Source of the DNA: a virus
Lineage: Duplodnaviria; Caudoviricetes
Strand: one strand, 5' to 3'
IMG/VR virus record: IMGVR_UViG_3300035661_000004
Length of the DNA: 64,000 nt
The position numbers and the translations under genes are program-made. Within the stretch, counting starts at the first letter, position 1, and each line of letters opens with the position of its first letter. Positions 9,409-19,023 of the stretch are shown piece after piece. The notes under the pieces are model-generated. The model had not been told where the DNA came from. It did not search any database and was given only the letters and a program-made list of their open reading frames with translations.

Positions 9409-9792
9409 ATGGCGCACGCTAGCATCCCATTCTTCCTCAAGCTGCAAGCTGCGCTCATCGACAACATCGATGATTGCAAGACTAGGCTTAAACGGGAACA
9501 GGATGAGCCTTGCCTCATCTATCATGACCCGGCCCTCGGCCGCTTGTACTTTAGGCATATCGGAAAGTCCATCACTGTTAGCATAGGCCGAGACGGCAAC
9601 CGCGAACGTGTGACCAGGCTGCCCAGCCCGATCTCAGCAGCAATTGGGTCAGAGCTGTTTGAGGAGAACATGAGCTCGATCGGCATTGCGGTGACCCACA
9701 TTGTCTATCGTCGTGCCCGCGCTCGGGACACGTTGGATAACACCAATACCTATAGCGAACTGGTCTTCGATAAGTTCTATGCTGTCGTATAA
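9409..9792 (+). CDS. Hypothetical protein with FLKLQAALID motif (LxLQQ family)
   Basis: 127-aa ORF; N-terminal helix matches the family motif. Confidence 0.6.
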   Translation: MAHASIPFFLKLQAALIDNIDDCKTRLKREQDEPCLIYHDPALGRLYFRHIGKSITVSIGRDGNRERVTRLPSPISAAIGSELFEENMSSIGIAVTHIVYRRARARDTLDNTNTYSELVFDKFYAVV

Positions 9793-9958
9793 GCGTTTCC
9801 TGCTTGAGGTTCAACAGCTTCTGCTATCGAGCGATGAGGCCATTGGGGCTCTCAAGGTGCCTAGCACGACCGTGCACTCGGTGCGGATCATTTCTCCTAG
9901 CGACCGTAACTTCCTGAACGGCGACGAAGTCACCTTTGGCGGCTGGGACATCCCGTGA
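9779..9958 (+). CDS. Small hypothetical protein with RFLLEVQQ motif (LxLQQ family)
   Basis: ATG at 9779 gives MLSYKRFLLEVQQLLL; RFLLEVQQ is identical in the 40818 ORF. Confidence 0.55.
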   Translation: MLSYKRFLLEVQQLLLSSDEAIGALKVPSTTVHSVRIISPSDRNFLNGDEVTFGGWDIP

Positions 9959-9996
9959 CTTCAAAAGAGAGATGGGTAGCTGGCCATAAGCCCTGG

Positions 9997-10002
9997 TAAA
10001 TA
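9997..10002 (+). promoter_or_regulatory. Late promoter TAAATA 5 nt before ATG 10008
   Basis: TAAATA-GATGC-ATG. Confidence 0.7.
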
Positions 10003-10007
10003 GATGC

Positions 10008-10247
10008 ATGAGCATCTTTACCACCCTCCTCGAGAACGACGAGACCGCCAAGCTAGAGGCTTGGAAGGCTGGCGTTAAGAAGGCGCATCCTGACTATGCG
10101 TCCAAGATCCAGTTCAAGGGCCGTACTGAGCCTGGCAAAGACGGCAAGTCACGGAACCTCATCAATGCTGAGGTGCCAGGTCTCGACCGTTCTTTCGGCG
10201 TCTTCAACCTTGATGACCCCGATGACAACGAAGTCCTAGGCGACTGA
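10008..10247 (+). CDS. Small protein with MSIFTTLLE leader (putative internal head protein)
   Basis: 79-aa ORF with late promoter and LLE motif. Confidence 0.75.
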   Translation: MSIFTTLLENDETAKLEAWKAGVKKAHPDYASKIQFKGRTEPGKDGKSRNLINAEVPGLDRSFGVFNLDDPDDNEVLGD

Positions 10248-10785
10248 AAACCAAGTAGGCTGTTCGCGCTTGGTCCACTTGGCCAAGTGCTGCTTGCACT
10301 TGACATAGTACCTACGGTAGGCTTCGACAGCATTCGAGCCTCGTAGCTCCTCGGGCATCGCCTGAGCGGGTTCGGTGAACCCGATGTCATCAAGACCTTT
10401 AGGCGCCTTTGCAAGGAACTCACCTAGTTCTCTGACTGTTTTCCCTACGCCTGGTGTAAAACGGCACTGCCGCTCGATATCGAGCTCTATCATTAACTGA
10501 TAGAGCCTTGCTACGTCTAACCCAGACGGCGCACGGGTGGTTGACGTGCGTCGCAACATAGCATATACGATTTGCGATGGTAAGGCGCTGAGCATCTAAG
10601 TTAAAGACAGCATCCTCGCCTGCCAGCTTCAAGATCCGCTTTCCCTTGTGCTCGACGTAGCTGCCATTGAGCAGCCTGTGAGTGCTTAGCATCTGTGCTG
10701 ATTCAAGGACCATCTCGACCACATGCTTGTCAGCGTGTTGTTGGGCTGCTAACGCTGGGTCATCTGCTAGCATGAAGATGTTCAT
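10236..10785 (-). pseudogene. denV: Frameshifted pyrimidine-dimer DNA glycosylase / endonuclease V-like gene
   Basis: N-terminal half MNIFML...HADKHVVEMVLESAQMLST...ATHVNHPCAVWVR and C-terminal half LYQL...PAQAMPEE...VEAYRRYY...AKWTKREQPTWF are in different frames; break near 10500-10510. Confidence 0.8.
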
Positions 10786-10825
10786 GTCGCCATCATAACC
10801 GCTCGGCAACAGATAGTAAACACGC

Positions 10826-10853
10826 AAAGAAAAGGCCGCTCATCGAGCGGCCT
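10826..10853 (-). terminator. Rho-independent terminator (minus strand)
   Basis: AGGCCGCTC/GAGCGGCCT stem with an A-rich run on the + strand, downstream of the 11160 gene. Confidence 0.8.
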
Positions 10854-10872
10854 CGTCGCTAACCTGCTAGGA

Positions 10873-11160
10873 TTAGCTGATTGTCTTCAGGGCGCCGATG
10901 GCAGCCTTGATAGCAGCAGCGGTAGCTGCAACAGTGGTGGTGTTCGCTGGCGTGAGGTTGTCAACGATCACGGTCGGGAACGTGACGAGCTCGTCGCCTG
11001 AACCGGCTGTCGAATTGGTCGTCAGGTCATACTCGACGCCTTCGAGAGCGAAACCCTCGATGACGACTTGCAGGTTGGACAGGGCCAGGGCGCCTGCCGA
11101 GTTGATTGCAACGACGCGGCCGCGAACGGCGAAGTCGAACTGTTTCTTAGCAATTGCCAT
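10873..11160 (-). CDS. Small late structural protein, possibly capsid decoration
   Basis: 95 aa, Ala/Thr/Val-rich, strong codon bias; own TAAATA promoter (11195-11200, minus strand) and own terminator. Confidence 0.7.
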   Translation of the reverse strand: MAIAKKQFDFAVRGRVVAINSAGALALSNLQVVIEGFALEGVEYDLTTNSTAGSGDELVTFPTVIVDNLTPANTTTVAATAAAIKAAIGALKTIS

Positions 11161-11351
11161 GGTGAGGGGGTCTCCGCAAAAAGGTTAGCGGATGTATTTA
11201 CCTGGCCGGGCGGCTGGAAGCCAGCCCAGGAATGGCAATTGACACGGTGAACAATGTTCCAAAAAGATGTCAAGATGTCTAAAACCGTGATATATATCAT
11301 ACAATTGATGTTTCAAACATTGGTAAGAGGTTAAAGAGTGTAACTTGGTAG

Positions 11352-11380
11352 TTTACAAAGCTCGAGTATGGGATTAAATT
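11352..11380 (+). promoter_or_regulatory. Early (sigma70-type) promoter TTTACA-N17-TAAATT
   Basis: Matches the recurring GTTTACA-N17-TAnnAT/T pattern seen at several other intergenic sites. Confidence 0.7.
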
Positions 11381-11453
11381 CAAACCCGTGAACAGCAACG
11401 GCAACCGCCAAACAACGAGTTCACTTCCACCAACACCTCTGGAGTAGTACCAA

Positions 11454-11858
11454 ATGAACACCGCAACCACCCCCGTTTCCACAGCCGCAGCCGCACCTGC
11501 ACCCGCCCAGACCGCCTTCATCATGAAGGACGGGGACAAGTTCGCCTGCGTGGTGAACAACGAGCGGGTAGCGACCTCGAAGCATGCCGACTACGTCGAA
11601 TACCATCTCCGCCGCGGCGACGTCAAGGTGCTCACCGAGCTGTCGATTAACAACATCGCCTACGTCGATGACAACGGCGTGGTCACGAAGATCGTGGCGG
11701 CTGAACGCACCCCGCGCCGTCAGCAACAGCGCGCCCAGAAGGCAGCAACGGCCGCCGGCGCCCCGATCGCGGTTCCGCAGGTACAGTCGAAGATCCCGGT
11801 CGCCGTCAGCCGCGCCGCCAAGGCTGCCGTCAAGCTGTTGGCGCCCGCCACACATTGA
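11454..11858 (+). CDS. Early hypothetical protein
   Basis: 134 aa, GGAG SD, downstream of an early promoter, high-GC3 codon bias. Confidence 0.75.
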   Translation: MNTATTPVSTAAAAPAPAQTAFIMKDGDKFACVVNNERVATSKHADYVEYHLRRGDVKVLTELSINNIAYVDDNGVVTKIVAAERTPRRQQQRAQKAATAAGAPIAVPQVQSKIPVAVSRAAKAAVKLLAPATH

Positions 11859-11903
11859 ACGGCCAGCAACTTTTCTAACCTTCCCCTAAGCCCCCGGCTT
11901 TTT

Positions 11904-11929
11904 GTAAGCCACCCGATTGGGTGGCTTAC
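11904..11929. terminator. Hairpin/bidirectional terminator between convergent genes
   Basis: 11-bp stem GTAAGCCACCC-GATT-GGGTGGCTTAC. Confidence 0.7.
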
Positions 11930-12337
11930 TCATTTCCAGGCTGATTTCCAGGCTGAGAGCTTCTTACCAGTCAGCATCCTGGCCATTGCCTTGCGCTGCT
12001 TCTCATGCTCCGCAAAGACAAAGGGTAGCTGTCCTACAATCAGCGGTACCAGCTTCTCAAAGCTGATGATTGGTGAGTCAAAGATGCCAAACCAACCATC
12101 GCCGGCTCCGTACACGGCCCCTGCGCCCACGTAGATTTCAGCTGAGTCGCGCTCGCTTCTCGCTATCACAAGCTTTACGGTCTCTTCGTCATGCTTGACC
12201 GTCCCTGTATTGGTGATCAGCTCGCGCTTGATCGTGTGATGCTTGCGGGCCAGCTTGATATCGAGGTCAGCGTCAAACTCGACCAACGCTTGCTGGAGCT
12301 TCAGCGCACGTTGCACTGCGTTGTCGGGCGTGCTCAT
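11930..12337 (-). CDS. Hypothetical protein with ALKLQQALVE motif (LxLQQ family)
   Basis: GGAG SD before ATG 12337 (MSTPDNAVQRALKLQQ). Confidence 0.7.
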   Translation of the reverse strand: MSTPDNAVQRALKLQQALVEFDADLDIKLARKHHTIKRELITNTGTVKHDEETVKLVIARSERDSAEIYVGAGAVYGAGDGWFGIFDSPIISFEKLVPLIVGQLPFVFAEHEKQRKAMARMLTGKKLSAWKSAWK

Positions 12338-13517
12338 ATACGGTCTCCACGAGAACTTCAACCTTGCAGCGGGACAGCACCGTTTGCTTGACGCCCTTGT
12401 ACGTGTCGTGCTCGACGATCGTGCCGGTCACCTTGACGCTGTCCTCCTTGTGTAGGAGGTTACCTGCCGAGGTCTTCTTCCACTTGAAGGTCCGACCTTC
12501 GATGTCCCTCATGATCACCAAATAGTCATAGGTGTCATGGTAGTAATTGCTGGTGATCGGATGCACGAGCGTGACGGTCAGCTCCAGGTCTCGAGCGCGG
12601 TCACCGACAACGCCGTAGAACTCGTTGAGTGTCTTCGCCTTGCCAGGCAGCGAGCCATGAGCCTTGTGGTAGGTGTAGACGCTCGAGACGACGTAGTTCA
12701 GGTGGCGAGCTTCAACCTCGTTGGCGATCAGCATGATCGAGAGGTTCTTGAAGTAGTCCGAGTCGTAGCGCCGAGCCAGGATATAGGCGATGATCTTGTC
12801 TGCCAGCTCGTGGTCTTGGTCATCGATTGACTTGGCCTGGCCGTTAAACATCAGCTCCCACACATAATTGGTCGTGCCACGGGTATCTTCCGAGCAGAAC
12901 TCGTACTTGCCACGCTCACGCACCACCTGGCAAGCGTAGGAGACAGCGAGCGCCGCAAGCAGCGTCACCGGCTTGTAGTCATGCCGTTGGCTGTTGTGAT
13001 ATGTGGGCTCGCGCTTGGCCAGGTCATTCAGGTAGTCAGACAGGGCCTTCAGAGAGGACATCCACCACGCAACGGCCTTCTCGGGGCTCTTGGCGCTGAG
13101 GAAGTCATCCATGCAGCTCGAGCCGACCTGCTTGTAAGCACCGTCATCGTGCTGCAGCAGCCAGGTGAACTTGCGCTTGCGGTTCTGCCCGCAGTGCTCG
13201 CACAGGTAGGCTGAGCTCTTGCGGTAGCTGTCAGGCGCGTTCTCGCCGGGCACCCCGAAGATCAGGTTGTCCTGGCCTTCAACCGCTTCGATGCGGCCGA
13301 GGAAGCGCCAGCCATTGAGCTTGATCGGCTCGCCGAACACCTCGATGTCAATGACCTCGTCAACTTGGTTGTTGCGGTTTGAGCGGAGGTAGGTGTCGGA
13401 AACCGTGTGAGCCAGCGGCTGGCAGCCCAGCTTTGTCGCCTTCTTGTTGAGCTTCTCCAGCTCAAGCACCAGCAGCGGCACGCACTCGGGAATGATGGTT
13501 GCTTTCAGCAGGCTCAT
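12273..13517 (-). CDS. Conserved-type phage hypothetical protein with Zn-finger (CEHC...SSC) and probable C-terminal OB fold
   Basis: GAGG SD before ATG 13517 (MSLLKATII); CEHCGQNRKRK, QVGSSCMDDFL; C-terminal VTGTIVEHDTYKGVKQTVLSRCKV. Confidence 0.75.
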   Translation of the reverse strand: MSLLKATIIPECVPLLVLELEKLNKKATKLGCQPLAHTVSDTYLRSNRNNQVDEVIDIEVFGEPIKLNGWRFLGRIEAVEGQDNLIFGVPGENAPDSYRKSSAYLCEHCGQNRKRKFTWLLQHDDGAYKQVGSSCMDDFLSAKSPEKAVAWWMSSLKALSDYLNDLAKREPTYHNSQRHDYKPVTLLAALAVSYACQVVRERGKYEFCSEDTRGTTNYVWELMFNGQAKSIDDQDHELADKIIAYILARRYDSDYFKNLSIMLIANEVEARHLNYVVSSVYTYHKAHGSLPGKAKTLNEFYGVVGDRARDLELTVTLVHPITSNYYHDTYDYLVIMRDIEGRTFKWKKTSAGNLLHKEDSVKVTGTIVEHDTYKGVKQTVLSRCKVEVLVETVYEHARQRSATCAEAPASVGRV

Positions 13518-13662
13518 TTTGTCACCTCGACAAACAGCAGTTGCAGGCCGCATTCTTTTGCGATGCGGATGGCACGAGCGCGTTCCAGCGGAGCCTTGGA
13601 ATCCCACAGCACAGGCTCTCCGACTTCGTTGATGAATCCAACGCTTCGATCTTCAGCTCCAT
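13514..13662 (-). pseudogene. Frameshifted small gene (MELKIE... / VGFINEVGEPVLWDSK...EVTK)
   Basis: GAGGAG SD and ATG 13662 are out of frame with the protein-like downstream frame, whose TGA overlaps the next ATG. Confidence 0.55.
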
Positions 13663-13672
13663 GTTGCTCTCC

Positions 13673-13921
13673 TCAAGCATTTGTTGCAGCCAAGGCAGCC
13701 TGCTTCGTACCCAGCGGCCCAACCGCCTTGCCAAGCAGATGCTTCATAGTGGTTGTAGTAGCAAGGCGCTTTTCAGGCTCAACAGGCTCGATGATCACTT
13801 CGTCCTGCACGTCGGCTGCCCAAGCGGGAACCGGGTCGTGCTTGAACTAGCGAAACCGAACAGGCTTGGCGGAGGTGTCATTGCAATGACGATACGTGAT
13901 CGTTGCGCCAATGTCTGCCAT
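13673..13921 (-). pseudogene. Small early gene interrupted by an in-frame TAG (13847-13849)
   Basis: AAGGAG SD, ATG 13921, MADIGATITY...VRFR*FKHDPVPAWAADVQDE...ATNA*; first gene after the early promoter. Confidence 0.6.
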
Positions 13922-13958
13922 GATGCTCTCCTTAAGTATCTGTTGAACGATTGATTTG

Positions 13959-13987
13959 ATTATACACTTGATATAGCTCCTTGTAAA
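13959..13987 (-). promoter_or_regulatory. Early promoter TTTACA-N17-TATAAT (minus strand)
   Basis: Near-perfect sigma70 spacing; drives the 13921-11930 cassette. Confidence 0.85.
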
Positions 13988-14050
13988 TAGGCACGAGACA
14001 TCCTATGTGAGGAAAACTTCGGAAGAGGCATCTCCCTGGCTATCTCGTCA

Positions 14051-14056
14051 TAAATA
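14051..14056 (+). promoter_or_regulatory. Late promoter TAAATA for the tail sheath
   Basis: Intergenic, upstream of an AGGAG SD and gp18; a second TAAATA lies at 13984-13989. Confidence 0.75.
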
Positions 14057-14090
14057 CACAGTCTAAGAAATTGACAGGAGACACCCTACC

Positions 14091-15662
14091 ATGCCAACTC
14101 TCGTCTCACCAGGCGTTAGCGTTACCATCATCGACGAGTCGTTCTACGTCGCCGCTTCTGCGCCTTGCGTGCCGTTGTTCTTCGTCGCAACGCGCGAGGA
14201 CAAGAAGAAGGCCGACGGTACGACGGATGCACCTGGCGCCAAGGAATCCAGCGTCGTTCGAACCATCACATCCCTGAACCAGTCTGTGGACACCTACGGT
14301 GTTCCATACTTCCGTGCGGACAACACCGGCGCTCAGCTGCACGGTGACGCTCGCAATGAGTACGGCCTCTTTGCGCTCAACCAGTATCTGTCCGTTGGCA
14401 ACCGCGCTTATGTCGTGCGCGCCGACGTTGACCTGGCTGATGCACCGGTCGTAACTCTGACCCCAGGCTCCCCAACCTTCACCGGTGCGGGTAACGGTGC
14501 AATGACTTCGGTCGCTGTGAACCAGACAACTGGTCACGCTGAAACTTGGACCGTCACGGCTACCAGCTCGACGAACTTCTCGGTCTCTGGTTTTGTGTCA
14601 GGCGGTCAACCGACAGCCATTGTAGGTACGCCTTACAACAACGGCATCATCTCCTTCACGATCAATGCGGGTTCTACTCCGTTCTCGGCAGGCGATGTCT
14701 TCACGGTCGTAGTCACGTCTTCGACAGCCGCAAACCCGCTGGGCGCCAATGACGCTGCCAAGCGCGTTACGATTGTCACGGCTCTGGCCGCTGAGATCAA
14801 CACGAACTCTGACGTGCGTTCGGACTACTACGAGTACAACATCATCCTGTGCCCTGGCTACCCAGAGGTCATCGACGAGCTGTTGAACCTGAACCTGTCC
14901 ATCAACGAAGAGGCGTTCATCATCGCTGACACGCCGATGAACAAGAGCCCAGAGGATACGGCAACGTGGTCAATGACTTCGGCGCGCTTCCGCTCGCAGA
15001 ACGTTGCGTACTACTACCCGCACGTCTTGGCCTCCAACCTCGACGGCGTTGACGTGCTGGCTTCGGCTTCGGGCGCTGCGCTCAAGACCTTCGCCTACAC
15101 AGCGAACGTTGCTGAAGTTTGGTACCCACCTGCAGGCTTCCGCCGGGGCGTGCTGACTGGTATCTCGAATGTCGGTTACGTCACCGGCACGTTGGGTACG
15201 CCGACAACCTTCGTTCAGTCTCCGCTGAACCAAGGCCAACGCGACGTACTCTATGAGTATCAGAAGAACGTCAACATCATCCCGTACTTCCCGGGTCGTG
15301 GCTTCGTGGTCTTCGGTCAGAAGACCTCCTACAGCCTGACATCGGCGCTTGACCGGGTCAACGTCATGCTGCTGCTGCAAAAGCTGAAGCGCGAGATCCG
15401 CAAGGCCTCGATGGCTTACCTGTTTGAGCTGAATGACCGCATCACGCGCGACTCGATCAAGACGATGATCGATGACTACCTGAATGACATCATGGTCCGC
15501 CGTGGCCTGTATGATTACCTGGTAGTCTGCGATGACAGCAATAACACGCCGACTCGCATTGACCGTAACGAGCTGTGGGTTGACATCCTCGTCAAGCCGC
15601 CGAAGTCGGTCGAGTTCATCTACATCCCAATCCGGGTTGTTGCAACGGGTACTTCGATCTAA
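14091..15662 (+). CDS. gp18: Tail sheath protein (T4 gp18-like) with an inserted beta-rich domain
   Basis: MPTLVSPGVSVTIIDES, VWYPPAGFRRG, FGQKT, ALDRVNV, IDRNELWVDILVKPPKSVEFIYIP. Confidence 0.95.
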   Translation: MPTLVSPGVSVTIIDESFYVAASAPCVPLFFVATREDKKKADGTTDAPGAKESSVVRTITSLNQSVDTYGVPYFRADNTGAQLHGDARNEYGLFALNQYLSVGNRAYVVRADVDLADAPVVTLTPGSPTFTGAGNGAMTSVAVNQTTGHAETWTVTATSSTNFSVSGFVSGGQPTAIVGTPYNNGIISFTINAGSTPFSAGDVFTVVVTSSTAANPLGANDAAKRVTIVTALAAEINTNSDVRSDYYEYNIILCPGYPEVIDELLNLNLSINEEAFIIADTPMNKSPEDTATWSMTSARFRSQNVAYYYPHVLASNLDGVDVLASASGAALKTFAYTANVAEVWYPPAGFRRGVLTGISNVGYVTGTLGTPTTFVQSPLNQGQRDVLYEYQKNVNIIPYFPGRGFVVFGQKTSYSLTSALDRVNVMLLLQKLKREIRKASMAYLFELNDRITRDSIKTMIDDYLNDIMVRRGLYDYLVVCDDSNNTPTRIDRNELWVDILVKPPKSVEFIYIPIRVVATGTSI

Positions 15663-15680
15663 AGGCATAAACGCCTCTTC

Positions 15681-15705
15681 AAAAGCCGCCTTCGGGCGGC
15701 TTTTT
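15681..15705 (+). terminator. Rho-independent terminator (UUCG loop)
   Basis: AAAAGCCGCC-TTCG-GGCGGCTTTTT. Confidence 0.9.
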
Positions 15706-15787
15706 CATGCGTGACTCCTGGACCTGAGGTGCATTGCGCCTCATCAACTTGGTAATTTTGTAATAAGCAACTGGCATACTGTGCTGG

Positions 15788-15817
15788 TTTACATTTGAGT
15801 CTCTTTTGGTTTAAGAT
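15788..15817 (+). promoter_or_regulatory. Early promoter TTTACA-N18-TAAGAT
   Basis: GGTTTACA motif; precedes an early cassette. Confidence 0.6.
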
Positions 15818-15848
15818 TCTACATGTAGACTTTTGTAGGATCCCTTAA

Positions 15849-16202
15849 ATGGAACTAGCTCAACGACCTGGGACCAGGCTTGAGCGGATCAAGTATTACT
15901 GCGACATCCGCCGTAAGACCTTCATTCGCAATGCTTTGGTCGATGATGACCTCGAGGTCAGGCGCGCCCTGTCCGACGTGGTGCTCTCCCTACGCACGGA
16001 CAATGACACCGGGTTCCAGCAAGTGCTGGTCAAGACCATCCGCGGCTTTACGGTAGGCCATGGCAACGGCCTGTCGTCGTCGCTACCGGGCTTGCTCTTC
16101 GGCAAGGAGCACTCGCGCCGTAGGCGCGTTGACCCAACGAAGCTCTGGGACTTCACGCGCGAAGCATGGGGCCTCAAGGCTCCTGAGAAGCTGGCGGCCT
16201 GA
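15849..16202 (+). CDS. Early hypothetical protein
   Basis: 117-aa ORF with AGGA SD. Confidence 0.7.
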   Translation: MELAQRPGTRLERIKYYCDIRRKTFIRNALVDDDLEVRRALSDVVLSLRTDNDTGFQQVLVKTIRGFTVGHGNGLSSSLPGLLFGKEHSRRRRVDPTKLWDFTREAWGLKAPEKLAA

Positions 16203-16203
16203 C

Positions 16204-16337
16204 ATGGTGCCCATCATCTTCTTTGGCGGCCTTGCCTTCATCATCTCTACTTTGAGACGCAAACGCTGCTCATCACAGGAATCGCGTTTGTGATAGCTTT
16301 CTTGCTGGGCAGCATGCATACTCGCTCAAAGCAATGA
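16204..16337 (+). pseudogene. Frameshifted small membrane protein gene
   Basis: MVPIIFFGGLAFII continues as the hydrophobic LYFETQTLLITGIAFVIAFLLGSM only after a frame change near 16245. Confidence 0.5.
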
Positions 16338-16490
16338 CGTGAGTTCTTGCATGGAGCTCAGTTGCGGCGCCTTCATGGTTTTCATCTTGGGCGCTGGCCT
16401 CAAGGAAGTTGTGTCGTGGGTGAGGTTGATTTTTGCTTAACTGAGCCTTTAGATGGTGTATAATCCATCTCAACACAACAGGGATACTTT

Positions 16491-16973
16491 ATGGCCAGCG
16501 ATGACCGCCTCAAGCACCTAGCACAGACAGTTGCGAATGCCATAGCGAAGCAGTACAACGCCCGAGGCGCTCGCATTCCGGTCCCGGTCCCGATGACGTT
16601 CGAGCTTGAGTTCGAACATCCAAAGTATGCGGGCTTGGCTACAACTGTGACAATACTGGATGGTCATGGCCTCAGGATCATCACCGAGCAGCACATCGCT
16701 CTGAGCATGACCGTGTTCCGGGACAACGTGCAGGCCTTCTTGAATACGGTCGTGCCGCACGAAGTGGCCCACCTCGACCAAAACTGGAAGGACTTCTTCT
16801 CCCAGTCTCAGTCCCAGCCGCACGGCTACGTGTGGCAGGGCTCAATGCGCGCCATGGCACAGCTGCCTAAGGCGACAATCGATCTCGATTACTCCAAGGC
16901 GGAGAAGGCCTGTCGAGAGCACAAGGCCGCAAAGAAGAAAGCGGCAAAGAAACTTCAACCGAAGGAAGCATGA
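16491..16973 (+). CDS. SprT-like zinc metalloprotease
   Basis: TVVPHEVAHL (HExxH) and PHGYVWQ motifs. Confidence 0.8.
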   Translation: MASDDRLKHLAQTVANAIAKQYNARGARIPVPVPMTFELEFEHPKYAGLATTVTILDGHGLRIITEQHIALSMTVFRDNVQAFLNTVVPHEVAHLDQNWKDFFSQSQSQPHGYVWQGSMRAMAQLPKATIDLDYSKAEKACREHKAAKKKAAKKLQPKEA

Positions 16974-17923
16974 TGGCAACACCCCGGAAAGCTGCACCTG
17001 CAAAGGTCAACTACAGCCTGTTGAAGGCGGTCGAAGCTCAGTTTGGTGCTCGTAAGCGCGTTGACTGGACACCCGACGAGAAGGTCAAGGTCTGGAAGGC
17101 CTACCTGCTCGAGCTGAACGTTGACGGCAACAAGAAGGCCGCGTTGGAGCGTGCCTGCCAGCTGCTCGACGAGAAGCGCCGCCGCTCGCTGATCAATGTC
17201 TACCCGGTCATCGACATGCTGCAGCAGTTTGCCCAGGACAACATGGGCCTGTTCCGCAAGGAGAAGAAGCCCAAGGTTGCTGCCAAGAAGCGGCTCGCCA
17301 AGCCCAAGTTGACGGTCGTCAAGCCTCGCCTCAGGGGCGATGAGGATCCGCACGCTGAAGAGCCGGTCTTCAAGCCGGCGCCCGAGGGGGTCATGCCCCC
17401 TACGTTGCAGCGCCCGACCATGCTCGTTGTCCCCAAGGAACACATGGACAAGGTCATGGCTGAGCTGCTGGCCAAGCTCATCAAGGAAGCGGATGACCGG
17501 CAGCTGGCTACCGTGCAGTTGATCCTCGAGCAGCTGGACACGAAGCTTTCGACGCTGACGCGCACGTTCGAGGCCTGCCTGGACGCCGCTGTCAAGAGCA
17601 TCGAGGCCCGCATTGACACGTTTAAGCCGCCCAAAGGCCGCAAGCCTACGGTGCTGATCCTCGGCGGCCTGGACGCTCAGCGCGGGCAGCTGCAGCAACG
17701 CTTTCCCTGGCTGATCATCGAGAACAACAATGGCCAGAACTTGAAGGCGCTCGCCGACAAGGGCTACTATGACCTGATCATTCAGTGGACCACGTTCGCC
17801 AACCACTCGATGGAGAACATGCTCAAGGCCAAGTACGGCAATGACGGCTTCATCACGATGAAGCCTGGCCAAGGCCTGAGCACCCTCTTCGACATCATCT
17901 CGCAAAGGTTCCCCAAAGCATGA
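16970..17923 (+). CDS. Hypothetical protein with DUF2325-like C-terminal domain
   Basis: C-terminal VLILGG...DLIIQWTTFANHS...GQGLSTL pattern; ATGA-coupled. Confidence 0.55.
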   Translation: MMATPRKAAPAKVNYSLLKAVEAQFGARKRVDWTPDEKVKVWKAYLLELNVDGNKKAALERACQLLDEKRRRSLINVYPVIDMLQQFAQDNMGLFRKEKKPKVAAKKRLAKPKLTVVKPRLRGDEDPHAEEPVFKPAPEGVMPPTLQRPTMLVVPKEHMDKVMAELLAKLIKEADDRQLATVQLILEQLDTKLSTLTRTFEACLDAAVKSIEARIDTFKPPKGRKPTVLILGGLDAQRGQLQQRFPWLIIENNNGQNLKALADKGYYDLIIQWTTFANHSMENMLKAKYGNDGFITMKPGQGLSTLFDIISQRFPKA

Positions 17924-19008
17924 ACACGCACTACTCCTTCCCAAACATCGACCAGTTTCGCGGCGTCATCCGGACCGTCAAGGACCGTTGCACCTTCAGC
18001 AACATCGGCCTGCCGAAGCTCAGCTTCCACGGCACGATCAAGCTGCACGGCATGAACGTGTCCGTCATTGTCGGCGAAGACGCCAGCTTCTACTGCCAGT
18101 CCCGGTCTAACGTCCTGACACCGGGCGATGACAACGCTGGCTTTGCCGCCTACGTCCACGGCAACGATGACGTGCGTCAGTTCCTGCTGAGGTTCGCATC
18201 GCTGGCCAAGGCGTCCTTCTTCAGCCGTGACTACGAGACACCGTTCAAGTGCCTGGTCGGTATCTACGGCGAGTGGTGCGGCGGCAACATCCAGAAGGGC
18301 GTTGCGCTCAACCAGCTGCCGAAGCAGTTCGTCATCTTCGGCGTGCGGCTCATCAGTCTCGAGAGCGAGCGTTCGCTTTGGCTGATGCCCTGGGAGGTCG
18401 AGTCGATCTATGATTCAGCAGCTGCTGCGACCAACGGCAGCACGGTCAAGTGCATCGAGAAGTACCGTACCTGGCAGCTGACCATTGACATGGCCAATCC
18501 GGCTGCGGCTCAGAACGAGCTGGTTCGCCTGACCACCGAGGTGGAGGAGCTCTGCCCATTCGGCTCGGCGCACAACGTCTCGGGCGTCGGCGAAGGCATC
18601 GTCTGGACCTGCGTCGGCGGTCAGGACGTCGGCGGCCTGCGCATCTCCGACCTGGTCTTCAAGGTCAAGGGTGAGAAGCACTCGGACACGAAGGTCACCA
18701 CCGTGGCCGCCGTGGACATCGAGCGGCTCAACTCGATCAAGGAGCTTGCTCAAGCCGTGACCACGGAGCACCGTCTCGAGAAGGCCGTCGCTTTCTTGCA
18801 GGAGACGATGCACTGCGAGGACGTGTTCGATATTCGCAACATGGGCCCGTTCCTTAAGTGGGTGGGCACGGACATCGTCAAGGAAGAGACCGACACTATT
18901 GTCGGCAACGGCTTCGAGGTGAAGGAGGTGACCAAGGCGGTCAACAACATCGCCAAGGCCTGGTTCCTCGAGCAAGCCAACAACTCAGCCGGCCTCAAGG
19001 CCGCTTAA
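17920..19008 (+). CDS. rnl2: RNA ligase, Rnl2 family
   Basis: Motif I GTIKLHGMN, IYGEWCGGNIQKGV, FVIFGV, GEGIVW, FKVKGEKHS. Confidence 0.88.
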   Translation: MNTHYSFPNIDQFRGVIRTVKDRCTFSNIGLPKLSFHGTIKLHGMNVSVIVGEDASFYCQSRSNVLTPGDDNAGFAAYVHGNDDVRQFLLRFASLAKASFFSRDYETPFKCLVGIYGEWCGGNIQKGVALNQLPKQFVIFGVRLISLESERSLWLMPWEVESIYDSAAAATNGSTVKCIEKYRTWQLTIDMANPAAAQNELVRLTTEVEELCPFGSAHNVSGVGEGIVWTCVGGQDVGGLRISDLVFKVKGEKHSDTKVTTVAAVDIERLNSIKELAQAVTTEHRLEKAVAFLQETMHCEDVFDIRNMGPFLKWVGTDIVKEETDTIVGNGFEVKEVTKAVNNIAKAWFLEQANNSAGLKAA

Positions 19009-19023
19009 GCGACCTGCACCAAC

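Noticed and set aside
11230-11345. AT-rich intergenic stretch with short palindromes (TGATATATATCA, ATGTTT-C-AAACAT) as a replication origin or operator
   Set aside because: Short palindromes are expected in AT-rich divergent promoter regions; no iterons or other support.
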